The notes under the pieces were generated by a model, which searched no databases, was not told where the DNA came from, and worked only from the letters and a program-made list of their open reading frames with translations. From assembly GCA_038230375.1 (NCBI GenBank), contig JBBRNJ010000042.1, forward strand, positions 10,525 to 74,524: 64,000 bases of DNA, read 5' to 3'. This DNA comes from Polyangiales bacterium. GTDB lineage: Bacteria > Myxococcota_A > Polyangia > Polyangiales > Polyangiaceae. Below are positions 10,671-19,797 of this stretch, in pieces (position 1 is the first letter of the stretch; each line of letters begins with the position of its first letter). Position numbers and translations under genes: made by a program.

Positions 10671-11063
10671 TCAGCACGTTGTCCCGATCGCCAGCAGCCC
10701 AAGGGCTAGCACTGCGTAGGCGACCGCTCCCGCCGCGCACACCAGGGACAGCATTGCCTTCGGTAGGTTCGGTTCGCCGATCACCCTGAGCAGGATCGCC
10801 GGCGTGGCGGGGACCGCAAACCCCAGGAACGCGAAGGCGATGATCCCGAGCTGGTCCCCGAGCGTGTGCGTCACGCTGGTCGGCGTGCACTGCTGCCCAG
10901 TGATCGCGAGCATCCCCAGCACGATGAGCATCATCGGCACCCCAGACAAGATGAGCGCCGCCAGCGACAACGCGCGGACGATCGCGACGCCCCTGCCCAT
11001 CGTGCTGTCCCCATCCACAACCCCGCCCATGACCCAGCCCTCCCCCTCCACCAACCCCACCAT
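10671..11063 (-). CDS. Small hypothetical membrane protein (3 TM); start uncertain (11063, 11054 or 11030)
   Basis: Three hydrophobic segments; convergent with the channel gene. Confidence 0.55.
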   Translation of the reverse strand: MVGLVEGEGWVMGGVVDGDSTMGRGVAIVRALSLAALILSGVPMMLIVLGMLAITGQQCTPTSVTHTLGDQLGIIAFAFLGFAVPATPAILLRVIGEPNLPKAMLSLVCAAGAVAYAVLALGLLAIGTTC

Positions 11064-11070
11064 CGTACCT

Positions 11071-11160
11071 CAACCCCGACCTCAACCCTGACCTCAACCT
11101 CGACCTCAACCCCGACCTCGACCTCGACCTCAACCTCGACCTCGACCTCAACCTCAACCT
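11071..11160. repeat. Tandem hexamer array, 15 units of consensus C(G/A)ACC(T/C)
   Basis: caaccc cgacct caaccc tgacct caacct cgacct caaccc cgacct cgacct cgacct caacct cgacct cgacct caacct caacct. Confidence 0.95.
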
Positions 11161-11188
11161 GGGGACCAGCGCGGGCGGACTTCTGGAC

Positions 11189-11271
11189 GTACACCTGCGA
11201 GGTGAACAATTGACAGCGTTTTCGCCATCAATGCCGTGATTTCCGCATCATTGTACACCTGACAGGTGTAC
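11189..11271. repeat. Two 19-bp palindromes in inverted arrangement flanking an IHF-like site
   Basis: GTACACCTGCGAGGTGAAC (11189-11207) and perfect GTACACCTG-A-CAGGTGTAC (11253-11271); minus strand AATCACGGCATTG (11241-11229) is one mismatch from WATCAANNNNTTR. Confidence 0.75.
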
Positions 11272-11360
11272 CTCCGGAGGGGCGGTTCTGGAGGAGCCCC
11301 CGTCCGTCGCGCGCCGTCCCGCCGTCCTGTCGCGCCGTGCCGCTGCGCGGTGCGCGCCCG

Positions 11361-13193
11361 TTACGCCGCGATCCCTCGCGCCCGCAGCACTTCTCGCAGG
11401 GCCTGCTGCACCGGCGCTGCGACGCCGCCCATCTCCGAGCGGGCAAGGTCCACGAACTTCATGCCCTTCGTTCGCTTGAGGCTTTCCAGTGCGGCGACGC
11501 GATCCTGCGGCGCGCCGTGCTCCAGGATGCCAAGCATGAACTCCGCCGCTTCGAGCGTGTCCACGCGTGCGAGCGCTGACAGCGCGGCTGCTCGGATGGG
11601 CGCTTGCGGCGCCTCGCGGACGATGCGTGCGAGTGGATCGAACGCGTGCTGGAAGTAGAGCATCTCCACCGCGCGCGCGGCCTGCTGGAGGACCTGCGGA
11701 TCTTGCTCCTTCAGCGCGGCGCGCACCGTCACGAAGCTGCGCTTGAAGAAGAGCGTCTTCATCGCCTCGAGCACGGCGATCTTCACCTGCTTCTCTGGCC
11801 GCGCGAAGAGCGCCTCGAGCGGCGATAGCACGTTGTAGAGCTGGAGCTGGGCGAGCTGCGCCGCCAGCCGCGCGCGCGCCGCCACCGTGGCCGCACTGGA
11901 GTCCTCCGGATGATTCTCCACCGCGAACGCGGTGAGCCTGGCGAGCATCGCCTTGCGTCGCACCACGTCCGGCCAGCGCTTGTCCGTGAGGACGTCGGCG
12001 CAGGCCTCCGCGGCGCTTCCGCGCTGCTCCCACTCGATGAGGTCCACGTGCCAGACCTCCGGGAAGCTGTTGTCTTGCCGAAGGTGCGAGGGCAGGGGAG
12101 CTGCGTCGAGCGGCTCGTCGCGCACACCCTGGTAGCGGGTGGCGGCGCGGATGTAGTGCGCCTTGCGCGCAGACTCCAGGTCCATGCCGCCGAGCTCCTC
12201 GTAGAGCTTGCCGACGCGCGTGAACTGCCCCATCTCACCGAACGCGAGGATGGCCGCGAGGATGGCGTTCTCTGCGATCTCTGCAGGAGCGCCGCGCGCG
12301 ATGTGCTGCCGCGCCACGTCGCGCCACAGCTCCGCCTGCACCACCGTGTAGTGCGCCCCTGCGGCCGTCATGCCGAGCGCGCGTGCGTAGTCCGCGGCTT
12401 CGCGCGCGATGGTCGCAGCGGCGGAGAGCTCGCCCTTTTCCTTCGCGGCGGCCAGCGCGTCCTCGAAGTACTGCAGCGCAAAGTACTTCAGGTGATCCTC
12501 TTTCAGGATGCGGATGCAGTTGACGAAGCCCTCGAGCACGTCCTCGAACTGGCCGCTCTCACGGCCGATCTGCACGAGCACCTGGAAGCAGTCGAACGCG
12601 CGCTCGCGCTGGCCGATCGACTCGAAATGATCCGCGGCCTCTTCGAGCAGGCGCACGGCGGCGACCATGGCCTCACGCGTCTGGCGCACGTCCTTGCACT
12701 TCTTCGCGCAGCGCGAGAGGTTGAAGTGGATGAGCGCGCCGTTGTACGCGTCCGCGCCGTTCGTGGACACGTTCGAGAGGCGCGACCACAGCGCGCGCGC
12801 CCCCGCAAAGTCCCCTGCCTTCTCGCGGTAGATCGCGGCAGCAGCAACCAGGCCTGCGTTCTCCATCTCGCGCGCGGCGCCCGCATTGTCGCCCGCGGCG
12901 GCAAGCGTTCGCGCGCGGTCCACCGGCGGTACGTTCGCGAGCATCGCCTGTGCACGGGTGAAGCCGTTCGGCTCGTTCGTGGCCAGGTACCAGAAGACCG
13001 TGAGCGCGGAGCGCGCGTCGCGGCGCTGGATCAGCACGTCCACCAGCGGGCGCAGCACCGTCACGTAGTCGTGCTCGGCCACGTGCGTCTGCTGCGCGGC
13101 CGCCACGAGGGAGTTCACGGCGTCGTTGAGATCGCCGCGCGACATGGCCGCCTTGGCGCGTTCGCGCAGCTGGTAGAGGTCGTCGACGCTCAT
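11361..13193 (-). CDS. Hypothetical alpha-solenoid protein (TPR/SNAP-like repeats, C-terminal HEAT repeats)
   Basis: 610-aa Ala/Glu-rich helical ORF; LLEEAADHFESIGQRERAFDCF-type repeats; IRAAALSALARV HEAT-like segments. Confidence 0.8.
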   Translation of the reverse strand: MSVDDLYQLRERAKAAMSRGDLNDAVNSLVAAAQQTHVAEHDYVTVLRPLVDVLIQRRDARSALTVFWYLATNEPNGFTRAQAMLANVPPVDRARTLAAAGDNAGAAREMENAGLVAAAAIYREKAGDFAGARALWSRLSNVSTNGADAYNGALIHFNLSRCAKKCKDVRQTREAMVAAVRLLEEAADHFESIGQRERAFDCFQVLVQIGRESGQFEDVLEGFVNCIRILKEDHLKYFALQYFEDALAAAKEKGELSAAATIAREAADYARALGMTAAGAHYTVVQAELWRDVARQHIARGAPAEIAENAILAAILAFGEMGQFTRVGKLYEELGGMDLESARKAHYIRAATRYQGVRDEPLDAAPLPSHLRQDNSFPEVWHVDLIEWEQRGSAAEACADVLTDKRWPDVVRRKAMLARLTAFAVENHPEDSSAATVAARARLAAQLAQLQLYNVLSPLEALFARPEKQVKIAVLEAMKTLFFKRSFVTVRAALKEQDPQVLQQAARAVEMLYFQHAFDPLARIVREAPQAPIRAAALSALARVDTLEAAEFMLGILEHGAPQDRVAALESLKRTKGMKFVDLARSEMGGVAAPVQQALREVLRARGIAA

Positions 13194-13293
13194 CTGGAGG
13201 CCATCCTAGAGGTGTTTTGCCCGCAGATCGCCATCCAGGACGCGTATTTCGGATTTCTTCGCAACCCGGTGGCGGACCGGCCGATGGGAGCGC

Positions 13294-14187
13294 ATGCACA
13301 CCAACGCCGCATCCCTTGCCCTTTCCGTCGTCTTCGTCGCCGCTGCATCGATCCTCACGGTCGCCTGCGGCTCTTCGGACCCCGAGCGCGCACATGCGAC
13401 GCTTCCGCCCGGCGCGGCTGCCCCGGCGCCGTCCGCGACCAACCCCTCGGACCCCAGCGCGCCTCCCGCTGCTGCGCCCACGCCTGCTGCCGCGCAGGAT
13501 GCCGGTGCCGACGCCGCCCCCGTCGCGGACTTCGGCTGGGTCGTGGGTACGTTCACGCTCGACGAGTACATGGGCTCCCACCCGCTCCGCACCAACGTTC
13601 TGACGCTCGCCAAGGACGGCACGGGCTCCTTCGAGGTGCGTCCGCCCGCATGGACGAACCCGACCCCCGACCAGATCCAGCACACGGACCTTGCGTGGAC
13701 GACCGACGGAAAGTCGATCACCGCTGGCAACACCGTCTACCCGATCTTCGCCGTGTCGGCGAACTGTCGCACGGTCATGATGGATGACGGTCACGATCAG
13801 TGGACCCACGTCCTTGGTGGTGCGCCGTGCCCGACGTCACCCGCGGCGCTCACCGCCGTCGAGGCGGCCCACACGGGTACCTGGCGCTACAAGGAAGCCG
13901 ACCACGGCCTCTTCACGGGCCAGCTGCTCGAGCTGCAGATGGACGCCGACCGCTTCTACCGCATCACGATCCAGCCGACGATGTACACGCAGAACAACCC
14001 GCCGAACGAGACCCAGATCTTCGACAGCTACTTCTCGATCGATGGCAAGGGCATCATCCACGGTACGCGCCCCGATGGTCAGGAGAACAACACCATGTGG
14101 CAGCTCAACGACGACGCCAATGGCGTCCAGGTCTGCAGCTATGGGTCCGGGGCGACCTCCACCTGCTTCCCCATGACGAAGCAGTGA
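13294..14187 (+). CDS. Hypothetical lipoprotein
   Basis: Signal peptide with lipobox TVAC, Pro/Ala linker, beta-rich body with Cys pairs. Confidence 0.75.
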   Translation: MHTNAASLALSVVFVAAASILTVACGSSDPERAHATLPPGAAAPAPSATNPSDPSAPPAAAPTPAAAQDAGADAAPVADFGWVVGTFTLDEYMGSHPLRTNVLTLAKDGTGSFEVRPPAWTNPTPDQIQHTDLAWTTDGKSITAGNTVYPIFAVSANCRTVMMDDGHDQWTHVLGGAPCPTSPAALTAVEAAHTGTWRYKEADHGLFTGQLLELQMDADRFYRITIQPTMYTQNNPPNETQIFDSYFSIDGKGIIHGTRPDGQENNTMWQLNDDANGVQVCSYGSGATSTCFPMTKQ

Positions 14188-14200
14188 GCGGCAGACGTGC

Positions 14201-15010
14201 CTAGGTGGGCGGGATGCTGGTGCGGTCTTGCGCCGCGGCTTCTCGTCTTCGCTTCGGGAACGTGATCGCCGTCTCGATGAGGCCGATCGCCACGTAGAAG
14301 AAGAGGAGCCACGGCAACACGAACTCGGGCCGCGTCTGGAGCGAGATGACCGCGCTGGAGCCCACGGCGAACGCGACCAGCAACACGGAGCGCGCGTTGA
14401 GCTTCAGGTCCTTGAAGGAGCGGAAGCGGATGGTGCTCACCATCAGGAACGCCAGGAACACGGTGAGCACGCACATGGGCACGATGTACTTGGGCCCCGA
14501 CAGATCGCCCTGGACCGCGTGGTTCACGACGATGAGCGACACCAGGATGCCCGCCGCACCCGGCACGACCAACCCGACGATGTACTTGCCGGGCTTCTGT
14601 GGCTGGCCGCTCTCGCCCATGGAGAGCACATTGAAGCGTGCAAGCCGCACCGCGCCAGCGCCCGCGAAGATGAACGCGCAGATGAGCCCGGCGACTGGCT
14701 TCTGGTAGAGCGACCACTTGTAGACGAGCAGGGCCGGCGCCACGCCGAACGAGATCACGTCCGCGAGCGAGTCGATCTGGAGGCCGAACGCGCTCTGCGT
14801 CTTCGTGAGACGTGCCACGCGGCCGTCCAGCATGTCGAAGAACAGCGCGTACACGATGAGGAGCGCGGCGCGATAGTAGTCGTCGTCGCCGGTGGCCTCC
14901 GCACTGTGGCGGATCGAATCGAACCCGCAGAAGATGCTGGAGAGCGTGATCATGTTCGGAAGAAGGAACAGGGTCTTCCGGAGGTCCAGTTTGCGGCGGG
15001 GTTGCGGCAC
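14201..15010 (-). CDS. pssA: CDP-diacylglycerol--serine O-phosphatidyltransferase (start GTG 15010 or TTG 15031)
   Basis: LPNMIT; CDP-alcohol phosphotransferase motif DMLDGRVARLTKTQSAFGLQIDSLADVISFGVAP; RLARFN; LMVSTIRF.SFK. Confidence 0.92.
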   Translation of the reverse strand: MPQPRRKLDLRKTLFLLPNMITLSSIFCGFDSIRHSAEATGDDDYYRAALLIVYALFFDMLDGRVARLTKTQSAFGLQIDSLADVISFGVAPALLVYKWSLYQKPVAGLICAFIFAGAGAVRLARFNVLSMGESGQPQKPGKYIVGLVVPGAAGILVSLIVVNHAVQGDLSGPKYIVPMCVLTVFLAFLMVSTIRFRSFKDLKLNARSVLLVAFAVGSSAVISLQTRPEFVLPWLLFFYVAIGLIETAITFPKRRREAAAQDRTSIPPT

Positions 15011-15110
15011 GGCTCGCCGAATGTGACCCAAGATCGGCCTCTCGTAAAGGTTCCGGTGAAAAGTTGGCTCGTTTGGGCTGACCGTCCTACCCTTTCACTG
15101 AGGCTCCAAG

Positions 15111-15986
15111 ATGCTGATAAAGCGGCCAGACGAGAGGGGTAATGCGCTGTGGGCCGCTGCTTGCGTGCTTGGGATCATGTCCGCGGCCTGCGCCCATGAA
15201 GGCGCCCAGGACAAGCAGCTGACCCAGCTCCGCGACGCCCTCACGAAGGACGAGCAGGATCACGACAAGAAGGAGCCACCGATCCCCGCATCGGACGAGC
15301 CGCTCATCGACCCCAGGAAGGACGCGAACGCCCGACCCACGCCGCCCAAGGGGGATGGTCAGAAGGATTCGCGGATCGTCCAGCTCTCGAAGGACGTCGG
15401 CGACGAGTCCGGTGGAGAGCCCACCTCCGACGATCCCGACGATACGACACCGCGGCCGGCGATCCGCGTCGCAGGTGGTGGCGCACCATCGCCCGTGGTC
15501 CGCGCCCCACGTGGTCGTGGCGCGAAAGATCAGCTCAATGCTCCCTTCGCGGATGACATCAATGCGCCCGCGACTCCGCCCGCGGCCGGCCCCGAGGCGC
15601 GGGCCGCCTACGACGCTGCCCGCAACCTGATGACGCAGCGCAAGTACAAGGAGGCGCTGGACGGCTTCACTGCGTTCCTCGTGAAGTACCCCGATCATCC
15701 CATGGCGGACAACGCCATGTTCTGGCGCGGCGATTGTTACTTCTCGCTCGGTGACTTCCCGCATGCGGAGCAGGAGCTTGGCGGTGCGCTCGCGCGCTTC
15801 CCGCAGGGCATCAAGGCGCCCGACACGTTGCTGAAGCTCGGAATGACGGAAGACAAGCTCGGTCAGCCCGACAAGGCGCGCGCTTACTACGACAAGTTGC
15901 AGAAGGAATTCCCCAAGAGCGACGCAGCGCGCCGCATCCCGGCTTCCGGCGGCTCTGGCCCCAAGGGTCCCAAGGAGAATCGATGA
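15111..15986 (+). CDS. cpoB: Tol-Pal system TPR protein YbgF/CpoB-like lipoprotein
   Basis: Lipobox-like SAAC; TPR AYDAA...FTAFLVKYPDHPMADNAMFWRGDCYF...FPQGIKAPDTLLKLG...LQKEFPKSDAA. Confidence 0.8.
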   Translation: MLIKRPDERGNALWAAACVLGIMSAACAHEGAQDKQLTQLRDALTKDEQDHDKKEPPIPASDEPLIDPRKDANARPTPPKGDGQKDSRIVQLSKDVGDESGGEPTSDDPDDTTPRPAIRVAGGGAPSPVVRAPRGRGAKDQLNAPFADDINAPATPPAAGPEARAAYDAARNLMTQRKYKEALDGFTAFLVKYPDHPMADNAMFWRGDCYFSLGDFPHAEQELGGALARFPQGIKAPDTLLKLGMTEDKLGQPDKARAYYDKLQKEFPKSDAARRIPASGGSGPKGPKENR

Positions 15987-17323
15987 AACGCGTGCATGTT
16001 GCAGGTATCTTCGCGGTGGTGCTCGCACTTCCGCTGTTCAACGCCAACGTCGCATCCGCGCAGACCGCCGGAGGCGCGGCAGGCGCAGGTGGTGCTCCTG
16101 CAGGCGGAGCTCCCGCGGCCGGAACAATAACACCCGGCGTGACCACGGTCGTGCAAGGGCCGTACGTGCCCGCTGCTCCCCCGCCTGGCTCGGTCACGGG
16201 CGGCGGCAACACCAGCGGCTCGTCGGGCTCGCAGGCCCACAGCGGCAACGACACGGACCATTTCGATCTCGGGCACAGCGGGGGCGGCGGCGGCACCGTG
16301 CACGGAAGCGACACCGGAAGCTTCGTGCTTGGCGGCCCCACCACGCGCTACTCGGATGCAAACATGCACACGGTGCGAAGGGGCGACACGCTCTGGGGCA
16401 TCTGCGACTCGTACTTCAAGAACCCGTACCAGTGGCCGCGGATCTGGTCGTATAACCCGCAGATCCAGAACCCGCACTGGATCTACCCGGGCGATCAGGT
16501 GAAGCTCAAGGCCGGAGCCGTCGCGCAGGTGACCGCGCCGAACACGTCGGGGCAGACCTTCGTCGATCGCCGGCGTCAGGTCCCGCCGGATACGATCTTC
16601 CTCCGCAACGACGGCTTCGTCGAGGATGAAGCGACGTCCACGTGGGGCGAGATCACCGGCGCGCGCGAAGACAAGATGTTCTTGAACGACTTCGACGAGG
16701 TCTACATCCGCATCGCGGATGGCCACGAGGTGAAGCTCGGGCAAGAGCTCACCGTCTTCCGTCCGCGGCGCAATGTTGGCACCGCAAACCTGGTGCAGAT
16801 CCAGGGAACCGTGCGCATCGACGAGTGGAACGCAAACGAGCATATCGCGCGCGCACGCATCACGGAGACGACAGACGTCATCGAGCGTGGCGCATTCGTC
16901 GGCCCGATCCTCCGCAAGTACGAGGTCGTTCCGCCGCGCCGCAACGACGTCGACCTCACGGCAAGCGTTCGGACCAGCGTGCAGACGCACGTCTTCTACG
17001 GCCAGAACGCCGTGATCTTCATCGACCACGGTGAGGCTGACGGCCTCAAGCCCGGCAATCGTCTCTTCGTCACGCGCCAGGGAGACGCGTGGCACAAGAC
17101 CCAGCCCACACGCACGGCCGCACAGCGCATCGCGCTCGAGCGCGACGACCCGGCGGCAGTGGAGAACATCCCGCGCCCGCGCGACGAGTCGATCCTTCCA
17201 GAGGAGACCGTGGCCGAGATCCGGGTCATCACCGTGCGTCAGCACTCGGCGATGTGCCTCATCACGAACGCGTCGCGCGAGATCGAGCTCGGCGACATCG
17301 CGACCGCCAAGAAAGGGTACTAG
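15983..17323 (+). CDS. Secreted LysM peptidoglycan-binding protein
   Basis: Signal peptide; HTVRRGDTLWGICDSYFKNPYQWPRIWSYNPQIQNPHWIYPGD; ATGA overlap with cpoB. Confidence 0.9.
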   Translation: MKRVHVAGIFAVVLALPLFNANVASAQTAGGAAGAGGAPAGGAPAAGTITPGVTTVVQGPYVPAAPPPGSVTGGGNTSGSSGSQAHSGNDTDHFDLGHSGGGGGTVHGSDTGSFVLGGPTTRYSDANMHTVRRGDTLWGICDSYFKNPYQWPRIWSYNPQIQNPHWIYPGDQVKLKAGAVAQVTAPNTSGQTFVDRRRQVPPDTIFLRNDGFVEDEATSTWGEITGAREDKMFLNDFDEVYIRIADGHEVKLGQELTVFRPRRNVGTANLVQIQGTVRIDEWNANEHIARARITETTDVIERGAFVGPILRKYEVVPPRRNDVDLTASVRTSVQTHVFYGQNAVIFIDHGEADGLKPGNRLFVTRQGDAWHKTQPTRTAAQRIALERDDPAAVENIPRPRDESILPEETVAEIRVITVRQHSAMCLITNASREIELGDIATAKKGY

Positions 17324-17363
17324 CCCTGGGGGCGCGGACAGCGCCGCCTGCTATCCTTCCATC

Positions 17364-17549
17364 ATGTGCATCATCTGTGTCGACTTCGAGAAGGGGCGCA
17401 TGACTACTTCGGAGGCCCGACGGGCTCTTGGCGAGAGGGTCGTGAAGCTGGATCCGGAGCATGTTGCACAGCTGGAGCGCACACTTCATGACGCTGACTC
17501 TGGGACGCCCCAGCAGACCAAGACGAGCACGGCCGGCAAGAAGCCGTGA
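17364..17549 (+). CDS. 61-aa small protein with N-terminal CxxC
   Basis: MCIICVDFEKGRMTTSEARRALGE...; extended -10 TGcTATCCT 6 nt upstream of ATG. Confidence 0.7.
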   Translation: MCIICVDFEKGRMTTSEARRALGERVVKLDPEHVAQLERTLHDADSGTPQQTKTSTAGKKP

Positions 17550-17600
17550 CACCCGTTCGAGCGGGATCCCATCGCCCACTCCCATGATACTCTTGGCCCC

Positions 17601-19769
17601 GTGAGCGCTCAGGATTCTCCGCAGGTGCCCATCCGCATGAAAGCGGTGGAGCACCTCTACAAGACCAATGTGATCGCGAAGGCGGACTACCACGCAGTCG
17701 CCTATCAGGTCTCAAAGACGAACGCGCGCTCCGAGGAAGTGATCATCAGCACGGGAGTGCTGGACGAGGCGAAGCTCCTGACCGGGCTTGCCGCCGTCTA
17801 CAAGGCGCATTTCGTCACAAGCGAGCGCCTTGCCGCTGCGGAGATCCCGCGCCCGATCGTGGAGCTCGTTCCGCGGGCGCTCGCCGAGAAGCTCCTGATC
17901 CTGCCCGTCCACTTTGATGCAGCGAAGAACTTGCTGAGCATCGGCACGCCCGATCCCGAGATCGTCTCCAATCTGGACGAGGCGCGGAAGGCCGCAGGCG
18001 TGAAGGAGATCCGGGCGTTCATCATGCGCCCGGCGACGGTCCTCGCCGGCATCAAGAAGTTCTACGCAGGTGATGCCGCGGCCCTGACCGCGCTGCTGCC
18101 TGCGCCCACCGCCGCTCCATCTGCTCCCGTTGTCTCTGCGGGACCTGCGCCGCCGGCGACATCCACCGCTCCCGCAGTCCCGGCACCCGCAGCGCCTGCC
18201 CTTGCTCCGCCTCCCATGCGCCCGTTCTCCTTCTCCAGCCCGGGTCCGGAGCCGGGCGGCGATGCGGGGCCTGCATCCGGCCGCATCCAGGTAGCGCCGC
18301 CCGCGCCCCCCAGCCCCATGGCCACGCATCCCGCCTCGGCGGCCATGAAGGCCGCGCGCCCCATCGCCACTCCCGGTCCGTCGCCAAGCCCGCTGACGCC
18401 TGCCGCTGCGATGCAGCCGCTGCCTGTCTCCCTTGGCACGTCGTCCGCGCACGAGACGCTCGAGCGCTTCCGCAACATCGTGGGACTCATCGAAGGCGGT
18501 CGGCAGGAGCTGCGGGGGCACTCCTCGCAGGTCGCGGGCCTCATCTTGCGCCTCGGTGAATACATGGGGCTCGATCAGAGGACGCTCGACACGCTCGGCC
18601 TCGCGGCCATGGTGCACGACCTGGGCAAGCTCGGCCCGCTCCACATCAATGCGCGCGAGGTGAGCACCAGTCCGGAGCACTCGGACGCAGCGCAGAAGAC
18701 GTATGATGCGCCTCTGCGCGTGCTGGAGTCGCTGGGGCTCTCGGTGCCCAAGGCGGCGCTCGACATCGTCGCCGCCATGTACGAGCGCTTCGACGGCAAG
18801 GGGATCCCGAACGGCCTGGCGGGGCAGCGCATCCCGCTCGGCGCGCGGATGCTGGCGGTCGTCGACACCTATGCCGATCTCATCCGCGCGTCCCGCCTGC
18901 CGGAGCGCAAGGCAATGACTCCGCAAGAGGCGATCGCCGAGCTCGGCAAGCACGGCGCCAAGGCCTTCGATCAGGATCTCATCGACAACTTCCGTGGCGC
19001 GCTCCTGGGCGGCGGGAGCAAGGAGACGAAGAAGACCAGCTCCAGCACGTGGTCGATCAACATCCATCCGGCGCTGATCATCGATGCGAGCCCCGACGAG
19101 ACCAACGCGCTCGAGTTCGTGATGACGGACCAGGGCTTCGACGTGAAGACCGCGCGCACGCTGGAGCGCGCAAGAGAGCTGCTCAACGCCAACGAAGGCG
19201 GCGGCTTCCACCTTGTCATCAGCGAGCTGGATTTTCCGGACGGAGACGGCCTCACCCTGCTCGAGGAGATCCGCAAGGAGACCTGGGGCAAGGAGCTCCC
19301 GTGGATCGTGCTCACGTCACGCCAGGGCGGACGCGCGGCACAGAAGTCATACTCACATGGCGTGCTGGACTTCATGGCGAAGCCAATGCCCACGGACCTC
19401 ATTGTCGCCAAGTCGAAGGCACTGCTCGACAAGGCCATGAAGGATCGCGTCGTGCGGGGCGTGTCGGGAAGCCTCCAGGAGATGGGGCTCGGCGACATCG
19501 TGCAGGTGCTCTTCTACGGCAAGAAGACGGGCAAGCTGACGATCCGCACGAAGACCGCCCAGGGCGAGGTCCACTTCCTCACCGGGAACATCGCAAACGC
19601 AACGTGGGGCGGCATGGCAGGCGTCGACGCCTTCTACGCGATGGTCCGCTTCACCGAGGGCAACTTCGCGTTCGATCCAGCCTTCGAGCCGAAGGAGCGA
19701 TTGATCGAAGAGTCCAACGAAGCGCTGCTGCTCGAGGGCATGCGACGGATGGACGAAGACAATCAGTAA
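17601..19769 (+). CDS. T2SSE_N/MshEN-like + HD-GYP-like + receiver + DUF4388 signalling protein
   Basis: N-term LVPRALAEKLLILPV; GHSSQVA, VHDLGK, YERFDGKGIPNGLAGQRIPLGARMLAVVD; REC LVISELDFPDGDG...FMAKP; C-term GSLQEMGLGDIVQVL..GKKTGKL...LLLEGMRRMDE. Confidence 0.85.
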   Translation: MSAQDSPQVPIRMKAVEHLYKTNVIAKADYHAVAYQVSKTNARSEEVIISTGVLDEAKLLTGLAAVYKAHFVTSERLAAAEIPRPIVELVPRALAEKLLILPVHFDAAKNLLSIGTPDPEIVSNLDEARKAAGVKEIRAFIMRPATVLAGIKKFYAGDAAALTALLPAPTAAPSAPVVSAGPAPPATSTAPAVPAPAAPALAPPPMRPFSFSSPGPEPGGDAGPASGRIQVAPPAPPSPMATHPASAAMKAARPIATPGPSPSPLTPAAAMQPLPVSLGTSSAHETLERFRNIVGLIEGGRQELRGHSSQVAGLILRLGEYMGLDQRTLDTLGLAAMVHDLGKLGPLHINAREVSTSPEHSDAAQKTYDAPLRVLESLGLSVPKAALDIVAAMYERFDGKGIPNGLAGQRIPLGARMLAVVDTYADLIRASRLPERKAMTPQEAIAELGKHGAKAFDQDLIDNFRGALLGGGSKETKKTSSSTWSINIHPALIIDASPDETNALEFVMTDQGFDVKTARTLERARELLNANEGGGFHLVISELDFPDGDGLTLLEEIRKETWGKELPWIVLTSRQGGRAAQKSYSHGVLDFMAKPMPTDLIVAKSKALLDKAMKDRVVRGVSGSLQEMGLGDIVQVLFYGKKTGKLTIRTKTAQGEVHFLTGNIANATWGGMAGVDAFYAMVRFTEGNFAFDPAFEPKERLIEESNEALLLEGMRRMDEDNQ

Positions 19770-19797
19770 AGGCTGACGTCGAGCGCGTTGCTCTCGT

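Noticed and set aside
10931..11209. ORF with EVEVEV run (and the TSTSTS ORF on the plus strand)
   Set aside because: Translation artefacts of the hexamer array
11071..11271. Possible CRISPR array or integron attC
   Set aside because: No repeat-spacer periodicity, only two inverted copies, no cas or intI genes, no RYYYAAC/GTTRRRY ends recognised
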